The notes under the pieces were generated by a model. That model was not told where the DNA came from. It saw only the letters and a program-made list of their open reading frames with translations, and did not search any database. A stretch of DNA of 64,000 bases from Methyloceanibacter sp. GTDB lineage: Bacteria; Pseudomonadota; Alphaproteobacteria; Rhizobiales; Methyloligellaceae. Location: assembly GCA_035557335.1 (NCBI GenBank), contig DATMDY010000093.1, forward strand, positions 4,194 to 68,193, in the 5' to 3' direction. The first letter of the stretch is position 1; each line of letters begins with the position of its first letter. Shown here in pieces: positions 19,977-30,243 of this stretch. The translations under genes and the position numbers were made by a program.

Positions 19977-21578
19977 ATGAACTCAATGAAATCAAATTGC
20001 GTCGTTCGTCATTATATATGTGTCGTTCTTTTGGCTGTTTTGGCTTTGGCCGAAGGAGTCGGCGCAGCATGGGCTGCGGAAACTTCCGCCGAGCAGCGCA
20101 CCGCCCAGGAGCTGGAAAGCGTGCGCTCGGATCCTCTGGCGCTGCGCGCCTTCCTCAAGCGCATGCCGAAGGGCGCCGATCTCCATAACCATCTGAATAG
20201 CGCGGTTTATGCCGAGACCTATATCCGTCTCGGCGGAAAGGATGGGCTCTGTGTCGATCCCACCGCCAAGGCTTTTACCAAGTCGCAACCGATCAAGTCC
20301 GGCGCCGAGCCCGCGCCCGCGTGTGAAGCCGGGGACGTGCCTGCGGCTGATGTTCCTCAGAACCAAGCTCTTTACAATGCGCTGGTCGATTCCTTCTCGA
20401 TGCGTGGTTTCGTCCCATCCGAGGGCGTCACCGCGCACGACCACTTCTTCGGGACTCACGCCAAATATGGCGGGATCGATCCCCGCCATACCGGCGAGTT
20501 CCTGCACGAAGTCACCACACGCGCCGCCGCGCAGAACGAGCAATATCTGGAGCTGATGGAGACGCCCACCTGGCATCGGCTGAATGACATCACCAAGGAT
20601 CTGCCCTGGCAGGACGATCTCGGAGGCTTGCATAAGGCACTGATCGCCAAAGGCTTGGCGGAGGATGTGCCGGCGGGGCGCGCCTTCTTTGACCAGGCAG
20701 ACTCCATCCGGCGCGAGCGGCAGCGTTGCGGGGAATCTGACGCGGCGGAGGCCTGCAAGGTCGAGACGCGCTTCATTTATCAAGTCTTCCGCAACACACC
20801 CAAGGAGCTGGTCTTCGCGCAAACCGTGTTCGGCTTCGAGCTGGCGTCAGCCGATCCGCGCGTGGTCGCCATCAATTTCGTGGGCGGCGAGGACGACTAC
20901 ACTCCCATGACCGATTACGCTGACCATATGCGCATGGTGGGTTTCCTGCGCCCGCTCTATCCCAACGTTCATGTCAGCCTGCATGCCGGCGAGCTTGCCC
21001 CGGGGCTGGTGCCGCCGGAGGGTCTTTGCTGCCACATCAGGCAGGCGGTAGAGGTGGCCAAGACCGACCGCATCGGCCACGGCGTTGACGTCATGTATGA
21101 AGATCGCCCCTACGAGCTACTGAAGGAGATGGCCGCGAAACGCATTCTGGTTGAGACCAATCTCACCAGCAACGACGTCATCTTAGGCGTGAGAGGGAAG
21201 GAGCATCCCTTTCCCACCTACCGCAAATTCGGCGTGCCCGTGGCGCTCTCCACCGACGATGAAGGCGTGTCGCGCATCGACCTGACGCATGAATACGTGC
21301 GCGCGGTGCAGACTTACGATCTCACCTATGCCGACCTGAAAGAGCTGGTGCGCAACAGCATCGAATACAGCTTTTTGCCCGGCGCCAGCCTGTGGAGCGA
21401 CCAAGGCGCCTATGGAAGCGCCGCCGCCGATTGCGCAAGCGACGTAGCGGGGACCGACTCGCCCTCCGCACCTTGCGCGACATTCCTCGACAAAAGCGAG
21501 AAGGCCGCGCAGCAATGGGAACTCGAGCGCCGCTTTCAGGCCTTCGAAACAGGGGGGACAAACGAAAGCCGGGAGTAG
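19977..21578 (+). CDS. Secreted adenosine deaminase-family protein (ADA2/ADGF-like)
   Basis: Signal peptide; MPKGADLHNHL, LHAGE, RIGHG, LSTDDEG metal-site motifs. Confidence 0.88.
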   Translation: MNSMKSNCVVRHYICVVLLAVLALAEGVGAAWAAETSAEQRTAQELESVRSDPLALRAFLKRMPKGADLHNHLNSAVYAETYIRLGGKDGLCVDPTAKAFTKSQPIKSGAEPAPACEAGDVPAADVPQNQALYNALVDSFSMRGFVPSEGVTAHDHFFGTHAKYGGIDPRHTGEFLHEVTTRAAAQNEQYLELMETPTWHRLNDITKDLPWQDDLGGLHKALIAKGLAEDVPAGRAFFDQADSIRRERQRCGESDAAEACKVETRFIYQVFRNTPKELVFAQTVFGFELASADPRVVAINFVGGEDDYTPMTDYADHMRMVGFLRPLYPNVHVSLHAGELAPGLVPPEGLCCHIRQAVEVAKTDRIGHGVDVMYEDRPYELLKEMAAKRILVETNLTSNDVILGVRGKEHPFPTYRKFGVPVALSTDDEGVSRIDLTHEYVRAVQTYDLTYADLKELVRNSIEYSFLPGASLWSDQGAYGSAAADCASDVAGTDSPSAPCATFLDKSEKAAQQWELERRFQAFETGGTNESRE

Positions 21579-21662
21579 CTCTCGATGTGAGGCCTCATGG
21601 TTTAGCCGAGCAAGTTCCGGATAAAGCTAGCGAAGAATCGGGCGTGGATACGTTTGCCGGGG

Positions 21663-22316
21663 TCATTCCTTGAAGCTCTTGCCCGGGGTAGAGGGGAGAT
21701 ATTCGATGGCGATGCGCATCAGTTCCGGCAGCGAACGCACGCCGAGCTTGGTCTTCAGCTGACTGCACGTATTGGCGATGGTCTTGTAGCTCACATGCAG
21801 ATCGGCCGCGATCTGGGCATAAGGCTTGCCCTCGGCGAGCAAAGACAGAATTTGCATCTCGCGCACCGTGATCGACCTGAGCGGATTGGTGGTCCGTCCC
21901 CGCGCCTCCATGAAAGCGACCTCGGACGCCAATTCGTGACTGAGATAGGGCGCGCCGTCGCGCACCCGCTCGAACGCCTTGACGATTTCCTCGCCCGGGG
22001 TGTCCTTGAGGATATATCCGTTTGCTCCGATCTTCAGCGCCCGGCTGACGATGAACGGGTCGTTGTGCATGCTGAACACCAGGATCGGCGTGCGCGTGTC
22101 GTGCAGGCGCAACCGTCTGATGAAGGACAGACCGCCGAGCGCGCCGGTACGCATGGCGAGATCGACGATGATCACGTCTGGCTTCTTGCTGCGATAGAGG
22201 CGGAAGCCTTCCGCCAAGCTTTGCGTCTCCACGATGCGCTTGACACCGGCATATTTCAGCAATTGCCGGGTACCCTCCAGCACGATGGGATGGTCGTCTA
22301 TGAGAAGCACTTGCAT
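21663..22316 (-). CDS. NarL/LuxR-family response regulator (MxcE/MoxX-like), copy 1
   Basis: LIDDHPIV, IIVDLAM, GYILK, LuxR HTH (TVREMQIL...IAADLHVSYKTIAN). Confidence 0.9.
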   Translation of the reverse strand: MQVLLIDDHPIVLEGTRQLLKYAGVKRIVETQSLAEGFRLYRSKKPDVIIVDLAMRTGALGGLSFIRRLRLHDTRTPILVFSMHNDPFIVSRALKIGANGYILKDTPGEEIVKAFERVRDGAPYLSHELASEVAFMEARGRTTNPLRSITVREMQILSLLAEGKPYAQIAADLHVSYKTIANTCSQLKTKLGVRSLPELMRIAIEYLPSTPGKSFKE

Positions 22317-23885
22317 TTAATGAGCCTCGATCCTTGTTACGCCTCTCTTGCGAGTGGCAACGGACGTGATCGGGATGATCACGCGCAGGGTCGCGCCGTG
22401 CGCCGGCGCGCTTTGTATGGCGCAAGAACCGCCAAGCGCGTTGATCCTCTCGCGCATGACCGTCAGGCCGAATCCGAGCGACGTCTCGGGCAGGAAGCCG
22501 CAGCCGTCGTCGTGGATGATCAATTGCAGCGTTTGCGATTCGCCAGCGCCGTTCGTGGCATGGACGCCGTTCGATCCGTGGGAGTCGTGATGGCCGTTGG
22601 CGCCATTGGCCCCATTCGAGCGGCGTTTCTCGAACAGCTCGACCCGCACCGTATCGGCCTTGCCGTGACGGATGGCATTGGTCACGCCCTCCTGGATACA
22701 GCGATAGACGGTGAGGTCGATGGTCTCGCCGTAGCTCGACGGGCGGGTCTTGATCGAAGGCGATAGTGACACTTCCGGATAGCGGCGTTGCAGTTCGCCG
22801 ATAAGGTCCTCAACCAGCGCCGGCAGCGCAACGCGGCCGAGCGCCACGGGCCGGAGCTTCTTGAGCATGGCTCGGTTCATCGTCTTTAGCCGCTCGGTGA
22901 TCTTGAGGATCTCGCCGACATGGCCTTTGACCTCCACGCTCTTGCGGTCGTGGCGCCGCTCGGTGAGACGCTCGACCGACATGGCGTTGGCCATGATGCC
23001 GAACAGGCAGGGGCTCGCCTCGTCATGCAACTCGTTGGCGATCTCCCGACGCTCGTCTTCTTGGACGGTGATGAGCTGACCATACAGCTGCACGTTCTCC
23101 TCGCGGGCGCGGCCGAGCGCCTCGGCCAGCTTGTTGAAGCGCCCGGCGATGACGCCAAGCTCCAGGGCCCGGGGCCGCTCGAGCCGCGTCGCATATTGGC
23201 CGTCCTCCAGCTTGAGCATGCCGCGCGCCAAATTGGCCAATGGATGGAGAATGCGGCCGAGGACGAAATAGAGGAGGGCGATGATCAGCGCGACTAGGAT
23301 GATCCACACCATCGCCACGGAAGACACGTCCAGCCAGATTTCAGCGATTTCGTCAGCAGGTTCGCCGGCGATCACCACGGTGCCGAGAGCCCAGGTCCGC
23401 GGCACCATGTTCTTGGGCTGTTCGACCATGAGCAGCGCGCCGCCATTCGGCTCGGAGAGCACCACGTTCAATTCCTGCGGCGTGACGGAAGGCTCGACCA
23501 ACGCCGCGAACCAGGCGGGCGCTGGCTTGATCGACGGAACTTTGTTCTCCTGCGGCGAGATCTGCACGAGCTTGCCGGTGGCGTCGGCGACATAGATGCG
23601 GACATGTCGCAGCCGCGCCAATTGCAGCCGGCTGGAGATCTGGTTGAATTTCTTGGAAAGAGCGGCAGGTTGGCCGTCCGATTGGAGCGCCTGCACGGTA
23701 ACGCGGACGAATTGCTTGGCCATTTCGAGCGAGCCTTCGATCTCGGCTCGTGTCGCGTTCCGTGCGTTGATGACCGAGACTGCGCCCGCGACGACCAGCG
23801 CGAACAGATTGATCAGGCCCACGGCAATGAGAAGCTGCGTGCGGACCGTCCGATCGTACCAGAGCTTCTGCAACACTTTATCCAC
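22317..23885 (-). CDS. HisKA_3 sensor histidine kinase (MxcQ/MoxY-like), copy 1
   Basis: Two TMs, periplasmic LRHVRI and APAWFAALV, EPADEIAEIW, HAMP, ERREIANELHDE, QEGVTNAIRHG, DDGCG, GFGLTVMRERI. Confidence 0.9.
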   Translation of the reverse strand: MDKVLQKLWYDRTVRTQLLIAVGLINLFALVVAGAVSVINARNATRAEIEGSLEMAKQFVRVTVQALQSDGQPAALSKKFNQISSRLQLARLRHVRIYVADATGKLVQISPQENKVPSIKPAPAWFAALVEPSVTPQELNVVLSEPNGGALLMVEQPKNMVPRTWALGTVVIAGEPADEIAEIWLDVSSVAMVWIILVALIIALLYFVLGRILHPLANLARGMLKLEDGQYATRLERPRALELGVIAGRFNKLAEALGRAREENVQLYGQLITVQEDERREIANELHDEASPCLFGIMANAMSVERLTERRHDRKSVEVKGHVGEILKITERLKTMNRAMLKKLRPVALGRVALPALVEDLIGELQRRYPEVSLSPSIKTRPSSYGETIDLTVYRCIQEGVTNAIRHGKADTVRVELFEKRRSNGANGANGHHDSHGSNGVHATNGAGESQTLQLIIHDDGCGFLPETSLGFGLTVMRERINALGGSCAIQSAPAHGATLRVIIPITSVATRKRGVTRIEAH

Positions 23886-23927
23886 CCTTGAGTTGTTGGA
23901 TGCCTTGGGCGCTTGCCGGCGAAATCG

Positions 23928-24578
23928 TCAACCCCGAAGGCTCCCATTGGTTCTCAGCAGCACGCTCGCCTTCTTCAGTTGTTCAAGCGCGACTTCCCGG
24001 CCGACTCCTTGTTTGCGCAAATTGAAATAATGTTGCGACAGCGAGCCGAAGCCTTCCCGCTGCCTTAACGCCGTCGCCGTCGAGGACAGAGTCTCGATCA
24101 ACTCCGGCGCGTGTTCGGAGATGCCCTCTTCCGCCAGCATCTCCTCGAGTTGCACCGCGCGATTGGCGATCATGCGCGTAGCATCGCCGAAGCGCTGCGC
24201 CGCTTCGTTGAGCTTGATATGCAGGTCCAGGACAGCCGGATCGTTCTCGTCGAGATCGACCTTGGCTTCGCGGCTCGCCAGCCATCGCTCGGGCGTATTC
24301 CTGTTATGCGCGTCGAGCCATTTGAGGCGAGGCAGTTCCGGACCTTTGGTCGCCTGTTCGGCGGCCGTCCTGGCAACGTCAGGCCCGCTCGCCTCTTCGC
24401 ATCCCGGCATCAGTACCGGGACCAACGCGAGCATGGTCACGCGTGTGGCTAAACGCAGCGCGCCCTCGCGGCCTGGCATCGAGGCGGAGGTCGGCAGTTG
24501 AAACAGTTTCGCCAAGGACATCGTTAAGCGGTTCTGGCTGCACGCAAACATCCCGGGACGGATGTCCCGGGGCGCCAC
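23928..24578 (-). CDS. mxaH: MxaH-like protein
   Basis: PERWLASRE and RMIANRAVQLEEML segments recalled from MxaH-family proteins; divergent from mxaF; true start probably downstream of 24578. Confidence 0.55.
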   Translation of the reverse strand: MAPRDIRPGMFACSQNRLTMSLAKLFQLPTSASMPGREGALRLATRVTMLALVPVLMPGCEEASGPDVARTAAEQATKGPELPRLKWLDAHNRNTPERWLASREAKVDLDENDPAVLDLHIKLNEAAQRFGDATRMIANRAVQLEEMLAEEGISEHAPELIETLSSTATALRQREGFGSLSQHYFNLRKQGVGREVALEQLKKASVLLRTNGSLRG

Positions 24579-24814
24579 AGCCGGTAATGTCGATCAGGCG
24601 ATGATGCCACCTGGACTGCTACCAGCGATATTCCAATACGCTTGCTTGTTCTTCCCGTCCTGAGGTCGGAAAGTCCCGGGTTTGGGTGGGAGTAATCTGC
24701 ATCAACCGCAGGAGAAGTCTCGTTCCCACGTGTGGACAACTCCTAGGTCAAGGAGACGAGAATCGCCCACCGCCTTTAGAGCAATGGTCCCTATCCGTTT
24801 ATAGGCATTGGCCC

Positions 24815-24845
24815 AAAGACGAAGACTTAAGGGCGGACCTACAGT
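24815..24845 (+). promoter_or_regulatory. Candidate mxaF promoter
   Basis: AAAGACG-N18-TACAGT parallels the Methylobacterium mxaF promoter pattern AAAGACA-N18-TAGAAA (recalled); implies a ~225-nt leader. Confidence 0.45.
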
Positions 24846-25076
24846 GAACCACCGCAAAGAGGCGTTCCCCTTGCGTAGCAGGGTGTTCGCCTCTGGTCAT
24901 ATGGTCGAATGTCAAGTCGGCCAGCGGTGCGTGCAAGGGCCGAGTAGCAAGCTAAAGAGCTGCCAAATCCCCTGAACGCAGTCTGAAACGGAGAGGGCTG
25001 GGCTGATCGCGCTCCAACGCGAAAAGCCGAGCCTTGAACTCCGTCCCATGGGAGCGAAAACGCGAGGGTTCGACAT

Positions 25077-26981
25077 ATGAGGAGATCTCTCAGTATCAGT
25101 GGGTTGGCGTCGGCGGCTACCGTCGCGCTGGCCTTTGGCGGCCTCTTCGGAGTGACCGCCAGCGTGGCCAACGACAAATTGATCGATTTGGCCAAGAGCA
25201 ATGAAAACTATGTAATGCCGGGCAAGGACTACACGTCCGACAATTACAGCGAGATGACTCAGATCAATACGGGGAACGTGAAAGACCTTCGCGTTGCCTG
25301 GTCATTCTCGACGGGCCTGCTGCATGGTCACGAGGGCACACCGCTCGTGATCGACGGCGTCATGTACATCAACAGTGCATTCCCGAACCACGTCTATGCC
25401 ATCGATCTGAACAATCCTGGCAAGATCAAGTGGCAGCATAAGCCGAAGCAGGATCCCGCGGCGCGCGCGGTGGCCTGTTGCGACCTGGTCAACCGTGGCC
25501 TGGCCTATTGGCCCAGCGACGGCAAGACCCCGTCTCTGATCTTCAACAACCAGCTCGACGGCCATGTGGTGGCACTCGTTGCCGAAACTGGCGAAGTTTA
25601 CTGGAAGGTTGAGAATTCCGACATCAAGGTCGGCTCGACGCTTACGATTGCCCCTTACGTTATTAAGGACACGGTGATCGTCGGTTCATCGGGCGCCGAG
25701 CTTGGCGTTCGCGGTTACACCACGGCCTATAACGTCAAGTCGGCCGAGCAGGTGTGGCGCAAATATGCGACCGGTCCGGACGAGGAGATCGGCATTGGTC
25801 CCGACTTCAACAAGGACAACCCGCAATATGGTCAGAAGGGCCTCGGCCTTGCCACTTGGGAAGGCGATGCCTGGAGGATCGGTGGCGGCACCAACTGGGG
25901 TTGGTACGCTTACGATCCAGGTCTGAACCTCATCTACTACGGCTCGGGCAACCCCTCGCCGTGGAACGAGACCATGCGGCCTGGCGACAACAAGTGGACC
26001 ATGACCATCATGGCCCGCGACGGCGACACCGGCAACCTCAAGTGGGGCTATCAGAAGACGCCTCATGACGAGTGGGACTATGCCGGCGTGAACGTCATGA
26101 TGCTTTCCGATCAGAATATCGATGGCAAGGACCTCAAGCTGGTCACCCATCCCGATCGTAACGGCATCATCTACACGCTGAACCGCGTCAATGGCGACCT
26201 GGTCCGCGCTGACTTCCTGGACGACACCGTCAATGTCTGGACGCATGTCGACATGAAGACCGGCATCCCCGTGCGCAATCCTGAATACGGCACGCGGATG
26301 GACCACAACGCCAAGGACGTTTGCCCGTCGGCCATGGGCTATCACGACCAAGCCCATGACTCTTACGACCCGGAGCGGGGCCTGTTCTACCTCGCCATCA
26401 ACCACATCTGCATGGATTGGGAGCCCTTCATGCTTCCCTATCGTGCCGGCCAGTTCTTCGTCGGCGCGACCTTGTCGATGTTCCCGGGTCCGAAGGGCGA
26501 CAAGGCAAACTATCTTGGCCTCGGTCAGGTCAAGGCGTACAGCGCCCCTGCTGGCAAGTATAAGTGGAGCGTGATGGAGCGCTTCGCTGCCTGGGGTGGC
26601 ACGATGGCGACCAAGGGCGGTCTGGTCTTCTACCCGACGCTCGACGGCTACTTCAAAGCCCGTAACAGCGACACCGGCGAGCTCTTGTGGAAGTTCAAGA
26701 TGCCCTCCGGCGGTATCGGCTATCCGATGACCTACGAGCACAAAGGCACGCAGTACGTCGCCATCTACTATGGCGTCGGCGGCTGGCCGGGAGTGGGTCT
26801 GGTGTTCGATCTGCAAGATCCGACAGCGGGTCTTGGTGCGGTCGGCGCCTTCCGCAATCTGCAGAACTGGTCGCAGATGGGCGGCGGCATGCTGGTCTTC
26901 TCACTGGACGGCAAGAGCCCGATCAGCGAGGACGTGAATCTCGACGAGTATTCGAACGAGATCGTCACGGACGGCACATAA
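25077..26981 (+). CDS. mxaF: Ca-dependent methanol dehydrogenase large subunit
   Basis: [31 protein letters not shown] (D-Y-A, no extra lanthanide Asp), GVGGWPGVG. Confidence 0.98.
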   Translation: MRRSLSISGLASAATVALAFGGLFGVTASVANDKLIDLAKSNENYVMPGKDYTSDNYSEMTQINTGNVKDLRVAWSFSTGLLHGHEGTPLVIDGVMYINSAFPNHVYAIDLNNPGKIKWQHKPKQDPAARAVACCDLVNRGLAYWPSDGKTPSLIFNNQLDGHVVALVAETGEVYWKVENSDIKVGSTLTIAPYVIKDTVIVGSSGAELGVRGYTTAYNVKSAEQVWRKYATGPDEEIGIGPDFNKDNPQYGQKGLGLATWEGDAWRIGGGTNWGWYAYDPGLNLIYYGSGNPSPWNETMRPGDNKWTMTIMARDGDTGNLKWGYQKTPHDEWDYAGVNVMMLSDQNIDGKDLKLVTHPDRNGIIYTLNRVNGDLVRADFLDDTVNVWTHVDMKTGIPVRNPEYGTRMDHNAKDVCPSAMGYHDQAHDSYDPERGLFYLAINHICMDWEPFMLPYRAGQFFVGATLSMFPGPKGDKANYLGLGQVKAYSAPAGKYKWSVMERFAAWGGTMATKGGLVFYPTLDGYFKARNSDTGELLWKFKMPSGGIGYPMTYEHKGTQYVAIYYGVGGWPGVGLVFDLQDPTAGLGAVGAFRNLQNWSQMGGGMLVFSLDGKSPISEDVNLDEYSNEIVTDGT

Positions 26982-26995
26982 GAGACCAAAACTTA

Positions 26996-27028
26996 TCCCG
27001 CCAGGCTGCCGCTCGCGGCCTGGCGGGA
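26996..27028 (+). other. Stem-loop between mxaF and mxaJ (mRNA stabiliser/partial terminator)
   Basis: TCCCGCCAGGCTGC-CGCTC-GCGGCCTGGCGGGA, no U-tract. Confidence 0.6.
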
Positions 27029-27134
27029 ACGTTCCTAAGGTTTCCGCGAACCGGCCGTCCAAACAGCTCCTTAAAGCCGAAGCGACGGTGCTGGCCGCCT
27101 CTTGAGAGAAGCAGTTGAGAGAAGCACTAGTCCT

Positions 27135-28010
27135 ATGAACACACAGTTTCACATATTCAAGCGCCCGATGGCGCACTGGATGGCAGTTGGCGCGGTCTGC
27201 TCCTGCCTCGCCGGCACAGCATTTGCCGCGACCGATGAACCGGTGCTGCGCGTTTGCGCCGGCGCGAACGACGCCCCTTACTCGACGAGCAAGGAGGATG
27301 GCTTCGAGAACCGCATTGCCGAACTTCTCGGCAAGGCCATGGGCCGCAAGGTCGAGTTCGCTTGGGAAGAGAAGCCGGCCATTTATGTGGTCCGCGACCA
27401 GCTTGAGAAGGGCAACTGCGATGTCTTGATCGGCGTCGATACCAACGATCAGCGCCTGTCGACCACGAAGCCCTATTACCGCGCGCCTTATGTCTTCGTC
27501 GAGCGCACGGATTCACCGCTCGACATCACGTCCTTCGAAAGCCCGGATCTCAGGAAAGCCGAGAACATCGGTTACATCCCCGGCACGCCGCCAGAAGTGA
27601 TGATGGTGAAGCTCGGTCTCTACAGCAAGAATTTCAATTATGTGAAGTCGCTGACCAACTTCAAGAGCCCGCGCAATCAATACATCCGAATCGATCCGGC
27701 CCGCATGGTGAACGAGGTCGCCGACGGCACGGCCGATCTTGCCATCATCTTTGCCCCCGAAGCGGCCCGCTACGTCAAAGAGAAGGACGGCAAGGTGAGA
27801 ATGGTGGTCATTCCCGACGAAAACGAGCGCGTGGATGGCGAGAAGGTGCCGTTTCATTTCGACCAAGCGGTTGGTGTGCGCAAGGGTGATGAAAAGCTGC
27901 TTGAGGAGCTCAACGCGGCGCTAGAAAAAGTGCGCCCGGAGATCCTTACCATTCTCGAGGAGGAGGGCATCCCGCTTCAACAGCCGTCAACGCCTGGAAC
28001 AAGGTCGTGA
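27135..28010 (+). CDS. mxaJ: MxaJ periplasmic binding-protein-like chaperone
   Basis: LRVCA, GFENRIA, TTKPYYRAPYVF, SLTNFKSPRNQY; directly after mxaF; start uncertain. Confidence 0.95.
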   Translation: MNTQFHIFKRPMAHWMAVGAVCSCLAGTAFAATDEPVLRVCAGANDAPYSTSKEDGFENRIAELLGKAMGRKVEFAWEEKPAIYVVRDQLEKGNCDVLIGVDTNDQRLSTTKPYYRAPYVFVERTDSPLDITSFESPDLRKAENIGYIPGTPPEVMMVKLGLYSKNFNYVKSLTNFKSPRNQYIRIDPARMVNEVADGTADLAIIFAPEAARYVKEKDGKVRMVVIPDENERVDGEKVPFHFDQAVGVRKGDEKLLEELNAALEKVRPEILTILEEEGIPLQQPSTPGTRS

Positions 28011-28069
28011 GAGCGCGAACCTGACTCAAGGCACGCGTTGGTCATAGGGAAGGCAAAGAAGCGAGAGCG

Positions 28070-28639
28070 TTGATGAGACAGTTGGTCAAGGGTGCACTGG
28101 TGGTGATGGCATTTGCGTTCATACCGGTCCTGGCGGTTGGCCAGCAGATCAATCTCGTTCACACCATCACCGGCATGCCGCTCGACCTCAAACTGTCGCC
28201 CGAGCAAGGGCGCGACACGCCGGCGGTGAAGCAATTTATGGAGACGGGCGTCAATCCTTACAACGAGGTGACCAACTGCCTGCCCAAGGCGGAGGAACAA
28301 TTCCTCACCTCTTGTTCGGGCTGTCACGGCCATCATGCCGAGGGCAAACTCGGGCCCGGGCTGGCCGACGATTACTGGACCTACCCGAAGAATACGACCG
28401 ACAAAGGCCTGTTCGAGACGATCTACGGCGGCGCCCAAGGCATGATGGGACCCCAGGCCTCGGCGCGAACGATGGACGAGATCCTGCTGGTCATCGCCTG
28501 GATCCGGCACCTCTATCACGGCCCCATCGAGGAAGCGGTGTGGCTCACCGACGAACAGAAGAAGAATTTCGTACCTTACGACACAAAAAACACCGAGCCC
28601 CTCAAGGCAGAGGGGGAATGCGAGATCCCCGCGCAATGA
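28070..28639 (+). CDS. mxaG: Cytochrome cL
   Basis: CSGCHGHHAEGKLGPGLADDYWTYP, GMMGP, AWIRHLY. Confidence 0.96.
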   Translation: MMRQLVKGALVVMAFAFIPVLAVGQQINLVHTITGMPLDLKLSPEQGRDTPAVKQFMETGVNPYNEVTNCLPKAEEQFLTSCSGCHGHHAEGKLGPGLADDYWTYPKNTTDKGLFETIYGGAQGMMGPQASARTMDEILLVIAWIRHLYHGPIEEAVWLTDEQKKNFVPYDTKNTEPLKAEGECEIPAQ

Positions 28640-28749
28640 TCGAGCAACAGATGATGAGAGGCACATGCTTCGAATGTCTCGATCGGCGCGGAGACAAAGG
28701 CGGGAATACCGCCACAAACAGTAACGACTGAGCACGGAGGAACTGACCC

Positions 28750-29046
28750 ATGACGAAATCTGCCCGCATCACTGGCGCGGTGTTCGCTGGCGCGATTGCC
28801 TTGGCGTTCACGGCCGCCACTGCCGTCGCTTATGACGGCACCAAGTGCAAAGCCCCCGGCAATTGCTGGGAGCCGAAGCCCGGTTACCCGGCGGAGGTTA
28901 AAGGCTCGAAATACGACCCGAAGCACGATCCGAAGGAACTCGCCAAGCAGGGCGATTCCATCAAAGAGATGGAGAAGCGCAATGCTGCCCGCTCCGAGAA
29001 CTTCAAGAAGACCGGCAAGTGGGTCTACGACGTTTCCAAGCTTTAG
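28750..29046 (+). CDS. mxaI: Methanol dehydrogenase small subunit
   Basis: YDGTKCKAPGNCWEPKPG...YDPKHDPKEL. Confidence 0.98.
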   Translation: MTKSARITGAVFAGAIALAFTAATAVAYDGTKCKAPGNCWEPKPGYPAEVKGSKYDPKHDPKELAKQGDSIKEMEKRNAARSENFKKTGKWVYDVSKL

Positions 29047-29106
29047 CTCTGTCTGCTTCTCCCAGAGCTAGCCCTCGGAGGCAGGCGTATCACTGACTCG
29101 GAGGGA

Positions 29107-29139
29107 GGGGTGCGGCTTCGGCTGCACCCCCTTTGTCTT
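29107..29139 (+). terminator. Intrinsic terminator-like hairpin after mxaI
   Basis: GGGGTGCGGC-TTCG-GCTGCACCCC then CTTTGTCTT. Confidence 0.75.
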
Positions 29140-29193
29140 GGGTCTTATGCTGACCTCCCCACGGGCTGTCCCTACCGGATGAGAGGGACCGAA

Positions 29194-30243
29194 ATGACGC
29201 GCCGCGAGGCTGCTCACATCAAGCCGGCCGAGACGATCGATCTCGCGCAATGGCGCCACCGCGCGCTCGCCTTCGAAGGCGCGCTGCGCCACGCCATTAT
29301 CGGCCAGGACCGCGTCCTCAAGCTTCTCACCATCGCCGTGTTCGCCCGGGGACACGTTCTGCTCGAAGGCGATGTCGGCGTTGGCAAGACCACGCTGCTG
29401 CGCGCCGCGGCGCGGGCGCTGGGCGGCTCCTTCGAGCGGGTGGAAGGCACCATCGATCTTATGCCCGCCGATCTGGTTTATTACACCTATCTCGGCGAGG
29501 ACGGCCGGCCGCGCGTGGATCCGGGTCCCGTCTTGCGCCATGGAGGCGATCTCGCCGTGTTCTTCTTCAACGAGATCAACCGGGCACGGCCGCAGGTGCA
29601 TTCCCTGCTGCTGCGGCTGATGGCCGAGCGCAGCGTCACCGCCTTCAACCGCGAATACGAGTTTCCCTATCTGCTGGTCTTCGCCGACCGCAACCGCATC
29701 GAGCGCGAGGAGACTTTCGAGCTTCCGGCGGCCGCGCGCGACCGCTTCTTCATGGAGATCACCATGGAGATTCCGCGAGATCGCGAGATCAGGCGCGAAC
29801 TCGCCTTCGACCCGCGCTTCTACGATGCCGACGCGCTTGTACGCAGCGTGCCTGAGGACGTGGTCGATTATCGCGTCTTAAGCGACGTCGCCCGCGCCAT
29901 CCAGGCCAATGTGCAGGCGAGCGAGGCACTCGAGCACTACACGCTCGATCTGTGGAACGCCGTACGCGATCCGGTCTCGGTCGGCATCGACATCGCGGGC
30001 GTGGACATGTCCCGTCTGGTGCAAGGCGGCGCCTCCCCGCGCGGCATGGCCTATCTGGTGCGCGCCGCCCGCGTCACCGCATGGCTCGACGGGCGCGACA
30101 TGGTGGTGCCCGAAGATCTGCGCGCGGTGTTCAGCGAGGTCATGGCGCATCGCGTATTCCTCGACCCGATCTATGAGCTTCGGCGCGACACCCTCGTCCG
30201 CAGCCTGTTCGCCGCGGTATTCGCCACGGTCCCCGCCCCATGA
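29194..30243 (+). CDS. mxaR: MoxR-family AAA+ ATPase
   Basis: LLEGDVGVGKTT, FNEINRARPQVHSLLL, DRFFME, GASPRG. Confidence 0.95.
   Translation: MTRREAAHIKPAETIDLAQWRHRALAFEGALRHAIIGQDRVLKLLTIAVFARGHVLLEGDVGVGKTTLLRAAARALGGSFERVEGTIDLMPADLVYYTYLGEDGRPRVDPGPVLRHGGDLAVFFFNEINRARPQVHSLLLRLMAERSVTAFNREYEFPYLLVFADRNRIEREETFELPAAARDRFFMEITMEIPRDREIRRELAFDPRFYDADALVRSVPEDVVDYRVLSDVARAIQANVQASEALEHYTLDLWNAVRDPVSVGIDIAGVDMSRLVQGGASPRGMAYLVRAARVTAWLDGRDMVVPEDLRAVFSEVMAHRVFLDPIYELRRDTLVRSLFAAVFATVPAP

Noticed and set aside
25686-26816. Long antisense ORFs (also 41685-42719, 43030-44313, 48601-49644, 52708-53820, 21654-22766)
   Set aside because: Shadow frames of high-GC genes with clear products on the other strand; no motifs or RBS.
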